A DNA stretch of 38,477 bases, from contig JAZDMQ010000047.1 in assembly GCA_043800755.1 (NCBI GenBank), positions 1 through 38,477 of the forward strand, written 5' to 3'. Shown in pieces: positions 19,707 to 28,881 of the stretch; position 1 is the first letter of the stretch, and each line of letters starts with the position of its first letter. Source of the stretch: a bacterium (GTDB taxonomy: Bacteria > Methylomirabilota > Methylomirabilia > CAVQYV01). A program made the position numbers and the translations under genes. Below the pieces are notes generated by a model. It searched no databases. It had not been told where the DNA came from and saw only the letters and a program-made list of their open reading frames with translations.

Positions 19707-20429
19707 TCAGCCTCCTATCTTCAAGACCAGAGAGATCGTCAGCAGGCCCAGGCCGACCAGGAAGGGGAGCCAGTCGCCCCGCCCCACCCGGAGGTGGGCA
19801 GAGGGCACGATTTGCCCTCGATAACCCCGCAGGTTCATCGCATCGTAGAGCCTCTGGCTCTTCTCGTATGAGAAAACGAATAGGCCCCCCAGGCCCAGGG
19901 CCACATTTCTCAGGTTGGTGGAGACCCGGAAGGAGGATAGCCCGCCCCGCAGCCGGATGGCGCTGAAGAAGCGATCCACCAGTTCCAGTAGAACGAAAAA
20001 GAGACGATAGGCCAGTAAGAGGCCATCGGAGAGGATCCGCGGCATAAGGTGGGATGCCAGACCAAAGACCTGGGGATAGCTGGTGGTGCTCAGGAGGGTG
20101 AGGAGGGCCATGGCGGCAGCCTGGGCCTTCATGATGATCAACAAGGGCCTCTGCCAGCCTCCATCAAACTGGGAGAGGGCGAAGAGGAAGGCGAAGGCAG
20201 CCGGGTAGGCGGCCAGGGCCATCATCCGGAGGACGGGCAGATGGGCCAGGGCGATCAGGATCAGGCCCAGGAGATAGATTCCCAAGAGGAGTCGCAGGTC
20301 AGAGGCAATGATGATGGAGAAGAGGGTCGCCCCCATCAGGAAAACCTTGGAGGCAGGAGACGCCAGGTGCAGGAGGCTCTTGCCCTCATAGGCCCAGCGA
20401 TCGATAGCGGAGAGGTCTAAGTGGGCCAT
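19707..20429 (-). CDS. cbiQ: ECF transporter T component (CbiQ/NikQ-like)
   Basis: S.LH...P..K N-terminus, TM helices, AIRLRGG and AMNLRGY coupling motifs. Confidence 0.85.
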   Translation of the reverse strand: MAHLDLSAIDRWAYEGKSLLHLASPASKVFLMGATLFSIIIASDLRLLLGIYLLGLILIALAHLPVLRMMALAAYPAAFAFLFALSQFDGGWQRPLLIIMKAQAAAMALLTLLSTTSYPQVFGLASHLMPRILSDGLLLAYRLFFVLLELVDRFFSAIRLRGGLSSFRVSTNLRNVALGLGGLFVFSYEKSQRLYDAMNLRGYRGQIVPSAHLRVGRGDWLPFLVGLGLLTISLVLKIGG

Positions 20430-20439
20430 TCGTCACCCC

Positions 20440-21177
20440 TCAAGAAGAGATCATCTCCGGCTTGACCTGCCGGAGGAAGCCGACGATGAAACCGACCACC
20501 AGGGCCTCCAGGATCCAGCCGATCAGGCCCAGAAGATAGGCCCCCTCCGCGAAGGTGGCCAAAGAGAGGGTAGGCTGGGGGGCCTCGGTCTCTGATTTAC
20601 CCTCATGGCCTTGGTGGTGGCCCGGGCCATGAAAGGAGAGGAGACCTCCCTCACCCGAGTGTCCTATCTCCGGGAGTTCATGCACCCTGACCGGGTCGAG
20701 GCGAGCCAGTCCGACCAGGCCAATGACTAAAGAGGTGGTGAGGAAAAGGGTGAGGATGACAGACAGAGCTGCGGCCAGACCAGGCTTCAATAGCCTCTTG
20801 CCCAGGCGGAAGAGCCAATACCCGGAAAAGGTCTCCAGTCCTAAGATCAGGGTGTTGAGGCCCACCACCGTCAGGCCGCCATGGCCCACCAGGCCGAGCA
20901 TGAAGTTCACCAGGAAGGCGGCGAGGAAGGCCATGGCCGGGCCCAAGAGGATGCCGGCCAATACCGAGAGGTTCAAGTGATAGGCGATGGGGATGACTTC
21001 CAGACTCATCCCGATGAGCATCATCGCCGCGGTAAACCCTAAGAGGGGAAGTTTCTTTCTCAGGTCCGCCTTTCTGGCTTGCCTCAGGGCGAGGGAGAGC
21101 AGGAGGATCATGAGGGCAAGCCCCATCAGCCATAACCAGACAGGCAGCACGCCATCGGGGATGTGCAGGTGTGACAT
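20440..21177 (-). CDS. cbiM: ECF Co/Ni S component (CbiM/NikM-like) with His-rich loop
   Basis: ATG after GGAGGA; MSHLHIPDG, YHL, GHGGLTVVGLN motifs; HGPGHHQGH loop near the C-terminus. Confidence 0.88.
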   Translation of the reverse strand: MSHLHIPDGVLPVWLWLMGLALMILLLSLALRQARKADLRKKLPLLGFTAAMMLIGMSLEVIPIAYHLNLSVLAGILLGPAMAFLAAFLVNFMLGLVGHGGLTVVGLNTLILGLETFSGYWLFRLGKRLLKPGLAAALSVILTLFLTTSLVIGLVGLARLDPVRVHELPEIGHSGEGGLLSFHGPGHHQGHEGKSETEAPQPTLSLATFAEGAYLLGLIGWILEALVVGFIVGFLRQVKPEMISS

Positions 21178-21351
21178 GACTCCTCCAAGTTCTAACCGAA
21201 AAGGTCCCCGGGATCGTGTCCATTCGCCCATTGCCGGGGCGATGATGGGGCGGGCAAGACCCAATGCTGCGCCAGGCCCGCTTGTCCAGGCCGCTCTCGG
21301 GTCGAGCTTCTTTTCTTAGCACAAAAGCCGCCTTGACACAATCTCAAAAAT

Positions 21352-22029
21352 GTGCAAGGCTTTTTGGCCAACGGATCCGGTGGGATTCTTATCCTCACTC
21401 CCGAGACTGGAAATTCCGCGGTGGTATTTCTGATTGGGCTTTACATCGCCTGCGAGCTCATTGCCAATGTGACGGCCTCCAAGCCCGTTTCTCTCGGGGT
21501 GATCGTGGTCCCGGCTGCCGTATTCATCTATGCCCTCACCTTCACCCTCATCGACCTGATCAATGAGCATTTAGGAAAGAGAGGGGCCAGGCGGGTCATT
21601 TATTCGGCCATTGCGGCCAACCTCTTGTTGGCCGCCTATTGCCAGTTCGCCATCTGGATGCCACCAGCGTCCTTTTACCCAGATCAGCGGGCCTTCGCCG
21701 GCGTACTGGGTGCCACGCCCCGCATCGTCTTTGCCAGCTTATTGGCCTATTCCGTCAGCTCCCTGGTCGATACGGAGGTCTTTTCCTGGTGGAAGCAAAG
21801 GGTGGGCCAGGGAAAATGGGCCAGGGTGCTCATCAGCAATGCGGTTTCCACCCTGGTGGACAGCATCCTCTTCATCTCGATCGCCTTTTATGGGATCATG
21901 CCCGTCTTCCCGCTGGTGGGAGGTCAGTACCTGGTCAAGATGGCAGTGACCGTCATCAGCATCCCCTTGATTTATGTGATCAGGATGAAAGGGGCCAAGC
22001 CCTCGGGCAGATCGGCCTGGGAGGATTGA
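21352..22029 (+). CDS. Queuosine precursor transporter (YhhQ/QPTR family); start uncertain
   Basis: ANVTASK, YALTFTLIDLINE.LG, PRIVFASLLAY, R...SNAVS.LVDSILF..IAF, GQYLVK. Confidence 0.88.
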   Translation: MQGFLANGSGGILILTPETGNSAVVFLIGLYIACELIANVTASKPVSLGVIVVPAAVFIYALTFTLIDLINEHLGKRGARRVIYSAIAANLLLAAYCQFAIWMPPASFYPDQRAFAGVLGATPRIVFASLLAYSVSSLVDTEVFSWWKQRVGQGKWARVLISNAVSTLVDSILFISIAFYGIMPVFPLVGGQYLVKMAVTVISIPLIYVIRMKGAKPSGRSAWED

Positions 22030-22030
22030 T

Positions 22031-23020
22031 ATGGACAAGCAGGAGAGGGTCAGGGCGACCCTGATGGGGGAGGTCATCGACCGCCCCCCAGTGAGCTTCT
22101 GGCGGCACTTCTATGGAAAGGAGGACTCCGCCTCTGGGCTGGCTGAGGCCATGCTGGCCTTTCAGCGGCGATTCGATTGGGACTTTGTGAAGGTCAACCC
22201 GCGGGCCTCCTATCATGGAGAGGGGTGGGGTTTGAAGGTGAGGTTTCGGAAAGAGCAGGGCCTCAAGCCGGAGAGGATCGCTCACCCCATCAAGGACCCC
22301 CACGACTGGGAGAGGATCAAGGCCCTCTTGCCGGAGGAGGGCGCCCTGGGCCAACAACTGGAGGCCTTGGCCCGCATCCGCGAGGGACTGGGACCCGAGG
22401 TGCCCATGGTCCAGACCCTCTTTACCCCCCTCTCCATCGCGGGGGATCTGGTGGAATCCCCTGGCCAACTCCTCCGGGACCTGGGGGAGCACCAGGAGGC
22501 GGTTCACCACGCCCTGCGGGAGATTGCCTCGACCTGCTCCCTTTACGCACGCGCTTGTCTTCAGGCGGGCGCGGACGGAATCTTTTTGGCCACTACCGAG
22601 TGGGCCAGCCGCGACCTCCTCAGCTTTGCCCAGTACCTGGAGTTTGGCAGGCCCTACGATCTTCAAGTCCTGTCCGGGGCCGCGGAGGGCTGGTTCAACA
22701 TCCTCCATGTCTGTGGGCGCCACAATATGCTCCAAGGACTTCTGGATTATCCGGTGCAGGCCTTCAATTGGGCAGCCACTGATCCGACTAATCCCTCCCT
22801 AAGAGAGATATTGAGTCTTACCGGGAAGGCTGCGATCGGAGGCATCACTGAAGATACCACCCTCCACCATGGATCCTTAGAGGATCTGAAGAATGAGGTG
22901 GAAAAGGCAAAGGAGCAGGGTTTTGGCAAGAAGTGGATGCTGGGCCCCGGCTGTGCGATCCCGGTCGAGGTCCCGGAGGAGAACCTGAGGATGCTTCGCC
23001 AGGAGATCGAGAGGCGGTGA
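22031..23020 (+). CDS. Uroporphyrinogen decarboxylase-superfamily protein (not canonical HemE)
   Basis: DRPPVSFWRHF, QTLFTP, AGADGIF, ILHVCG, LGPGCAIP; lacks the HemE MRQAGR motif. Confidence 0.82.
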   Translation: MDKQERVRATLMGEVIDRPPVSFWRHFYGKEDSASGLAEAMLAFQRRFDWDFVKVNPRASYHGEGWGLKVRFRKEQGLKPERIAHPIKDPHDWERIKALLPEEGALGQQLEALARIREGLGPEVPMVQTLFTPLSIAGDLVESPGQLLRDLGEHQEAVHHALREIASTCSLYARACLQAGADGIFLATTEWASRDLLSFAQYLEFGRPYDLQVLSGAAEGWFNILHVCGRHNMLQGLLDYPVQAFNWAATDPTNPSLREILSLTGKAAIGGITEDTTLHHGSLEDLKNEVEKAKEQGFGKKWMLGPGCAIPVEVPEENLRMLRQEIERR

Positions 23021-23062
23021 GCCAGCAGGACACCTGAGACCAGAGAAGAGGGGGTATAAGGG

Positions 23063-23959
23063 ATGAAGGAGATGAAGATTGGATTTGTTGGCCTGGGAGC
23101 AATGGGAAAGCCGATGGCCAAGAACCTTGTCCGGGCAGGCCTTCCGGTGGCCGTTTATAATCGCACCCGGGAGAAGACCAAGGAGTTGTCGGAGATGGGG
23201 GCCCCGGTCTCTCCCACCCCGAGGGACCTGGCCCTCGGCGCGAAGGTCCTCATCGTCATGGTCTCCAATTCCCCGGAGGTGGAGGAGGTGCTGTTCGGAA
23301 AGGAGGGGGCAATCCACGGCCTGGAGCCAGGCTCGGTGGTCATCGATATGGGGTCCTCCTATCCCTCCAGCACCCTGAAGATAGGCAAGATCTTAGAGGA
23401 GCGAGGGATCGAGATGTTAGATGCCCCGGTGAGCGGGGGGGTGAAGGGGGCCGAGGAGGCCACCTTGACCATTATGGTGGGGGGAAAGCGGGAGGTCTTC
23501 GAGCGCTGCCGGCCGATCCTTTCTGCCATGGGCAAGAATCTCCTCTATCTGGGGGAGATCGGATCGGGCCACATCACTAAGGCGATTAATAATTTCCTGG
23601 CCGCGGCCTCCTTTGCAGCCCTCTCCGAGGCCCTGGTGATGGCCAAGAAAGCGGGCTTATCGCCGGGCAGGGTCCTGGAGGCAGTGCAGGTCTCCAGCGG
23701 GCGCAGTTATGCCACCGAGCGGGCCTTCCCCCAATTCGTCCTCTCTCGTAAGTTCGACGCCGGGTTTCTGCTGGGGCTGATGAAGAAGGACCTGAATATC
23801 TTCGCCAGCCTGGGAGATGATTACCAGACCCCGATGTTCCTGGGCAATCTGGTGCATCAGCTTTGGGAGGTGGCCGCCAAGGAGATGGGGCCCTCGGTCG
23901 ATTATTCCCAGTTCGTGGGAATTTATGAGGCGTGGGCCGGGGCGAAGGTGGAGGGGTAG
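23063..23959 (+). CDS. NAD(P)-dependent beta-hydroxyacid dehydrogenase (3-hydroxyisobutyrate/tartronate semialdehyde reductase family)
   Basis: IGFVGLGAMGKPMA, DAPVSGG, TKAINN catalytic Lys, F.AGF...LMKKDL. Confidence 0.92.
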   Translation: MKEMKIGFVGLGAMGKPMAKNLVRAGLPVAVYNRTREKTKELSEMGAPVSPTPRDLALGAKVLIVMVSNSPEVEEVLFGKEGAIHGLEPGSVVIDMGSSYPSSTLKIGKILEERGIEMLDAPVSGGVKGAEEATLTIMVGGKREVFERCRPILSAMGKNLLYLGEIGSGHITKAINNFLAAASFAALSEALVMAKKAGLSPGRVLEAVQVSSGRSYATERAFPQFVLSRKFDAGFLLGLMKKDLNIFASLGDDYQTPMFLGNLVHQLWEVAAKEMGPSVDYSQFVGIYEAWAGAKVEG

Positions 23960-24031
23960 AGGAGGCCCAGGGGGCATCTCTGGGAGGGGCCCCCCACCCC
24001 TTCTGCGACCGGGAAGCCGAGGTAGGGAGCC

Positions 24032-24787
24032 ATGATCGGAAAGGCCTTGAGGGAGAAGAGGGAGGCAATGGGGATCTCCCGGGAAGAGGCATCCTCCCGG
24101 ACCCAGATCAAGCTGGAATTCCTGCAATCCTTGGAAGAGGAGAGCTTTGATTCCCTGCCCGATCCCTCTTATCTGATGGGTTTTTTGCGGAGGTATGCCC
24201 ATTATTTAGAGCTGGATGCGGACGGGCTGGTAGAGGAGTTTCAAAGGCAGATCAGCAAGCCGCTGATGGCTACCTTTGGGCCGATTCCCCGAGTCTCTCC
24301 CCCCGCCTGGAAAAAATGGGGGCGCCCTTTGATCTTGATCCTTCTCCTCCTCCTAATTTCTGCCCTCTTTTTCCTTTCCATTTATGTGATCCCCCATCGG
24401 GCGCCCAAGGGGGCCTTTCCCCCTGCGCCGGAGACGGCCCCTCGGACCTCCTCCTCTCCTCCCGGAGAGGTCAAAGGGGAGTCCTCACCTCCTCCTGCGG
24501 TCGAGCAGCCCGCCGTGCCTCCTGCCCAGGGGAAGGGGCATACCCTCTCGCTTTACGCGGTAGAGATGACCTGGCTGGTGATCCAGGCGGATGATGGCCC
24601 TGTCCGGGAGATCCTGCTCTTGAGGGGGCAGAGTTTCTCCCTCTCCGCCCGGAGGCAATTTCGCTTGACCCTGGGGAATGCGGGAGGGGTGGAGATGGTC
24701 TTGGATGGAAAGCGGCTGCCCACCTCCGGGTCCTCGGGCCAGGTCATCCGGGATCTGATCCTCCCGGCAAAAGGAAGGGGAGGTTGA
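24032..24787 (+). CDS. rodZ: RodZ-like cytoskeletal protein (HTH, TM, DUF4115)
   Basis: IGKALREKRE...GFLRRYAHYLELD HTH, single TM, Pro-rich linker, GNAGGVE...DG C-terminal domain. Confidence 0.85.
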   Translation: MIGKALREKREAMGISREEASSRTQIKLEFLQSLEEESFDSLPDPSYLMGFLRRYAHYLELDADGLVEEFQRQISKPLMATFGPIPRVSPPAWKKWGRPLILILLLLLISALFFLSIYVIPHRAPKGAFPPAPETAPRTSSSPPGEVKGESSPPPAVEQPAVPPAQGKGHTLSLYAVEMTWLVIQADDGPVREILLLRGQSFSLSARRQFRLTLGNAGGVEMVLDGKRLPTSGSSGQVIRDLILPAKGRGG

Positions 24788-24884
24788 GGGCCCCGGCCCA
24801 CCTTGGGGTCCTGCATCGCGTTGGGGAGTTTGTTAGAGAGCGAGACCTCGCGGCGAGCGCAGGGGAGGGCACCGCGCAGGGGTC

Positions 24885-25862
24885 TCAAATGGTTGGGAGT
24901 CTGTCAGAAGGCTGGGCGGGTGAGGGCTCCTCTTGGGGAGGGGCGAGGCCGTAGCTGTTGATCAGCCCCCTCATCTCTTGATCTTCAGGGATCTTGCGAT
25001 CGAGTGGGGTCAAGCGGGAATGATGGGAGATGACCTTCTTCTCCTGGTTTAGGTGAAGGTAGAACTCCCCCAAGTGGGTCCCCTTGGTCCCGGCGGAGAG
25101 AATGAAGGTCTCCCTGACCTGCACCGGCGGATCGATGATCCCCATGGCCCAGGCCAGGACGATCAGATGGATGCCGGGGACCTTGTCTGCCAGCTCCGTC
25201 GCCTCCTCCATGGTGATATGTCCGAGCACGACGATGAGATCGACCTCCTGGCGCAGCTTGGGAACGATCTCTTTGGCCACTCCAACACAATCCCCCACCA
25301 ATAGCTCTTTGTCCTCGGGTTTGGACTTCGGGGGATGGTAGAGGCTGGACATGAGACCCAGGACCCCCACCTTGATCCCCCCCAAATCTTTGATGATGTA
25401 GGGCGTGGTGAAGGGCTTCCCATCCTCCGCCCTGGTCAGATTGGCACATAACAGGGGGACCTTCCATTCCTCGGTCTGGCCCTTGATGAAATTCTGGCCG
25501 TAGGAAAGCTCCCTCGCCCCGAGGTTGTAGGCATCGTATCCCAGCTTTCCCATGGCCTGCACCATCAGCCTGGCCTTTTTTCTTTCGATGGGCATGAAGG
25601 GGCCAAAGGCATCCCCAGTCTCCAGGAGGAGGACCTTGCCCTCCTTTTGCTGGATTTCTTTTATCTTGGTCGCTCGCCGGGCCAGCCCGCCCAGCTTGCT
25701 CCGTAGTCAGCCGCAGGGCTCCACATTGCCATGGGTCTCCCCGGTGTAGAGGATGACCAGGCGGTCGGTTGCCCTCTCCTCTCCCGCGTAGCAGGGAAAA
25801 AGGGGGATCCAGAGCAGCACGAGAGCAGGCAAGATGGTCAATATTCGCATCAACTTCCTCAT
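24885..25862 (-). CDS. Probable secreted UshA-like (5'-nucleotidase-fold) selenoprotein, 325 aa, Sec at codon 52
   Basis: The listed 236-aa ORF extends in frame through one TGA (25709-25707) to ATG 25862: signal peptide, ILYTGETHGNVEPCG-U-LRSKLGGLARRAT, LLETGD, LGYDAYNLG, LLCANL, KVGVLG, VVLGH. Confidence 0.85.
25672..25699 (-). promoter_or_regulatory. Putative bacterial SECIS hairpin
   Basis: 11 nt after UGA: stem GCUGGGC/GCCCGGC, G-rich loop GGGCUG, with a lower GC/GC extension beyond an AA/GA internal loop. Confidence 0.7.
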
Positions 25863-26095
25863 TTTTCCTACTCAACCCCCTGTTCTGTCCGCCCGTCAAT
25901 TATGGAATGATCAACTCTCTTTCAGCCGTGGGGGCGAACCGGGCACAGAATCTATCAAGGTGGCCCCTTCAAGTCAATCCCCTTTAACGTGCGCTGGGTG
26001 CATCCTGCAAGTTTTTCCTTGACAGTTCGAAAACCTGGGAGATAAAAGAGCAGCCAGCAGAAGTCAGCAGTCAGTCAAGCGAAGGAGAGTCCGCC

Positions 26096-27118
26096 GTGGA
26101 AAAGAGAAGGTTGGGCCGGACCGGACTGGAGGTGACGCAGATCGGGTTCGGGGGGATCCCCATCGATAAGAAACCCCGGGGCGAGGCGGAGCGGACCGTC
26201 CAGAGGGCAATCGATCTGGGGATCAATTTCTTCGACACGGCCCGCGCCTATGGGACCTCAGAGGAAAAGATTGGCTCGGTCTTGAACCGGGGTCGCCATT
26301 CCGTCTATCTGGCCACCAAGACCTACCAGAGGGATCGCTCCGGGGTCCTTTCCGATATCGAGCGGAGCCTCAAGAACCTGCGCGTCAAAAAGATCGACCT
26401 CTATCAGATTCACCAGGTGGATCAGGAGGAGGCCCTGGAGAGGGTCCTGGCGCCCCGGGGGGCTCTGGCCGGGATGAAGGAGGCAAGGGAGGCCAGGAAG
26501 ATTGATTGGATTGGGATCACCGGACATCGGCCCGATATCCTGTGCAAGGCGATTGAGACCGGGGAGTTCGACACCGTGCAGGTCCCGGTGAATATTGTGG
26601 ATCATTATATCTTCGAGCCGGAGAAGGCCCTGCTCCCCCTGGCGCGGAGGCTCAATGTGGGGATCATCGCCATGAAACCCCTGGCCGGGGGGATGCTCAA
26701 GGAGGCCTCCCGGGCCCTGCGCTTCACCCTGGCCCAGGAGGTGGATGTGGTGATCCCCGGCTTGGGCAGCCCGGCAGAGGCGGAGGAGGTCGTCGCCGTG
26801 GGGTCTGCCTACCGGTCTCTCTCGCCATCGGAGATGAGGAGGCTCCTGGCCGAGGCCAAGGAGTTGGGGAGGGAATTCTGTCGCCAGTGCGGATATTGCC
26901 TGCCCTGCCGGGTCGGCATCGACATCCCCAGCATCTTTCGCCTGGAGGGCTACTTCGATCGCTATGATGCGGCCCAATGGGCGAAAGAGCAATACCACTC
27001 CCTAAAGGCCAAGGCAGCTCAGTGCGAGCAGTGCGGGGAGTGCGAATCGCGTTGCCCCTACCAGCTCACCATTATCAAGAAGCTGAAGAAGGCGGAAAGG
27101 AAGCTTACAGGTGGATAG
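26096..27118 (+). CDS. Aldo/keto reductase with C-terminal Fe-S binding domain
   Basis: LGRTGL.V..IGFGG, FDTARAYG, LATK, DLYQIH, MKPLAGG; CRQCGYCLPC and CEQCGECESRCP. Confidence 0.92.
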   Translation: MEKRRLGRTGLEVTQIGFGGIPIDKKPRGEAERTVQRAIDLGINFFDTARAYGTSEEKIGSVLNRGRHSVYLATKTYQRDRSGVLSDIERSLKNLRVKKIDLYQIHQVDQEEALERVLAPRGALAGMKEAREARKIDWIGITGHRPDILCKAIETGEFDTVQVPVNIVDHYIFEPEKALLPLARRLNVGIIAMKPLAGGMLKEASRALRFTLAQEVDVVIPGLGSPAEAEEVVAVGSAYRSLSPSEMRRLLAEAKELGREFCRQCGYCLPCRVGIDIPSIFRLEGYFDRYDAAQWAKEQYHSLKAKAAQCEQCGECESRCPYQLTIIKKLKKAERKLTGG

Positions 27119-28121
27119 ACTCGATCGCCGGCTCCTGGATCTCGTGCAGTCTCACCTCCCCTTGACCGAGCGGCCCTATGAGGGCCTGGGACTCTCTTTG
27201 GGGCTCTCCGAGGAAGAGGTGCTAAGCTGCCTGCAGCGACTCAAGGCGGAGGGGCTCCTCCGCCAGATCGGGGCCATCTTCGACTCTTCGCGCCTCGGCT
27301 ATCAGAGCACCCTCGCCGCCTTCGAGGTCGAGCCAGCGGCGCTGGATAGGGCGGCGCGCCGTCTGAATGAGCATCCAGGGATCAGCCACAACTATGCCCG
27401 CCGCCACCGCTATAACCTCTGGTTCACCCTGACCCTGCCTGGATCCAAGGATTTGGAGACGGAGACGGCCCGCCTGGCCGCGGAGGTCAAGGCGAAGGAT
27501 TCCCTTTATCTCCCGGCCCTGGCCATCTTCAAGATCGGGGTTCGCCTCAAGTTCTCCGAGGAGAATGAGGAGGGGGCCCTGGAAGGCCCAGTGTGGGCGA
27601 GGTCGGAGGCCTCCGCCGCTGCGATCGAGCCCTTATCTCCTTTAGAGATCCGGACGGTGCGGGCCCTGCAAGCCGACCTCCCCCTGGTGCCTCGCCCCTT
27701 TCAGTCCTTGGCGAATCAGGCGAGGATGGAGGAAGGAGAGCTTCTTAATCTGGCCCGGAGGTTTCTGCAGGAAGGGGTCATGCGGCGCTTTGCTGCCACC
27801 TTGCACCACCAGCGCGCTGGCTTCCTCTTTAATTTCCTGACCCTCTGGAGGGTGGCCGACGACCTGGTGGCAGAGTTGGGCAGGCGAATGGCGGCCGTGG
27901 AGGCGGTATCCCATTGCTATCAAAGGTATACCTATCCCCACTGGCCTTATCCTCTATATGCCATGTTCCATGCCCAAACGAAAGAGGAGGCCGATGCCAT
28001 TTTGAAGTCTCTGATCGAGGCCACCGGGCTTTCCGACTGCCTGGTCCTGGAGACCATCAAGGAATATAAAAAGGAAAGGTTCCAATACTTTCAGGAGGGA
28101 AATGATGGGCCTCAAATCTGA
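27111..28121 (+). CDS. Fused siroheme decarboxylase AhbA-AhbB (NirDL-like, Lrp/AsnC fold)
   Basis: Two tandem HTH/AsnC modules: ISHNYAR...NLWFTL and VSHCYQR...[10 protein letters not shown]. Confidence 0.88.
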   Translation: MDRLDRRLLDLVQSHLPLTERPYEGLGLSLGLSEEEVLSCLQRLKAEGLLRQIGAIFDSSRLGYQSTLAAFEVEPAALDRAARRLNEHPGISHNYARRHRYNLWFTLTLPGSKDLETETARLAAEVKAKDSLYLPALAIFKIGVRLKFSEENEEGALEGPVWARSEASAAAIEPLSPLEIRTVRALQADLPLVPRPFQSLANQARMEEGELLNLARRFLQEGVMRRFAATLHHQRAGFLFNFLTLWRVADDLVAELGRRMAAVEAVSHCYQRYTYPHWPYPLYAMFHAQTKEEADAILKSLIEATGLSDCLVLETIKEYKKERFQYFQEGNDGPQI

Positions 28122-28659
28122 CCGGTGGATCCGCCAGATGGCGAAGGAGGCGGAGATGATCGTGCCCTTTGCCGAGGGACAGGCCCGGGCCGGGGTCATC
28201 TCGTACGGCCTCTCCTCCTATGGCTATGATATGCGCGTCTCCCGGCACTTCAAGGTCCTCCGCCCCGGGGTCCCCTCGCTGCTGGACCCCAAGGCGATCG
28301 AGCCCGATGCCTTCCTGGACCTGGAGGGGGATTTCTGTCTGATCCCGCCCCACTCCTTCATCCTGGGCCGGTCCCTCGAATATTTCAAGATCCCCCGGGA
28401 TGTGCTGACCCTCTGCCTGGGGAAGTCCACCTACGCCCGGTGTGGGATCATCGTCAATGTGACCCCCTTTGAGCCCGCCTGGGAGGGATATGCCACCCTG
28501 GAGATCTCCAACACCGGCCCCTGGCCGGCCAAGATCTATGCGGAGGAGGGCATCGCCCAGATCCTGTTCTTCCAGGGAGACGATCCCTGCGAGGCCTCCT
28601 ATGCCGATAAGAAGGGGCGCTACCAGGCCCAGAAGGAGATCACCCTGCCCAAGCTGTAA
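28102..28659 (+). CDS. dcd: dCTP deaminase
   Basis: [50 protein letters not shown]. Confidence 0.97.
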   Translation: MMGLKSDRWIRQMAKEAEMIVPFAEGQARAGVISYGLSSYGYDMRVSRHFKVLRPGVPSLLDPKAIEPDAFLDLEGDFCLIPPHSFILGRSLEYFKIPRDVLTLCLGKSTYARCGIIVNVTPFEPAWEGYATLEISNTGPWPAKIYAEEGIAQILFFQGDDPCEASYADKKGRYQAQKEITLPKL

Positions 28660-28779
28660 AAGATTCGTTCTGACGCCCACCCCTACGCCCGAGGAAGGGA
28701 ACGCCCATCCCTTGAAAGATCCGATTACCCGCTTCCCACCCAGCCCCTGAGTCCCTCGCCTCTTTTTTCCGAATTGTCC

Positions 28780-28833
28780 TTGACAAACACCATATATTGT
28801 GCAAAATGGGTTTATAGTTACTAAATATAGTGT
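28780..28833 (+). promoter_or_regulatory. nrdR promoter with tandem NrdR boxes
   Basis: TTGACA 28780-28785; ACACCATATATTGTGC (28787-28802) and TTACTAAATATAGTGT (28818-28833) match acaCwAtATaTwGtgt, 31 bp apart. Confidence 0.88.
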
Positions 28834-28881
28834 TTTATCCACCTCTCCTCTTATGCCTGAAAAGGGCTTCACACCCGCTCC

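Noticed and set aside
21361-21420. preQ1 riboswitch before the queuosine transporter
   Set aside because: A small hairpin exists, but the GGUUC-type loop and A-rich tail of preQ1-I are not visible.
24985-25899. 304-aa minus-strand ORF overlapping the UshA-like gene
   Set aside because: Alternate frame with no recognisable motifs; the UGA read-through frame explains the region.
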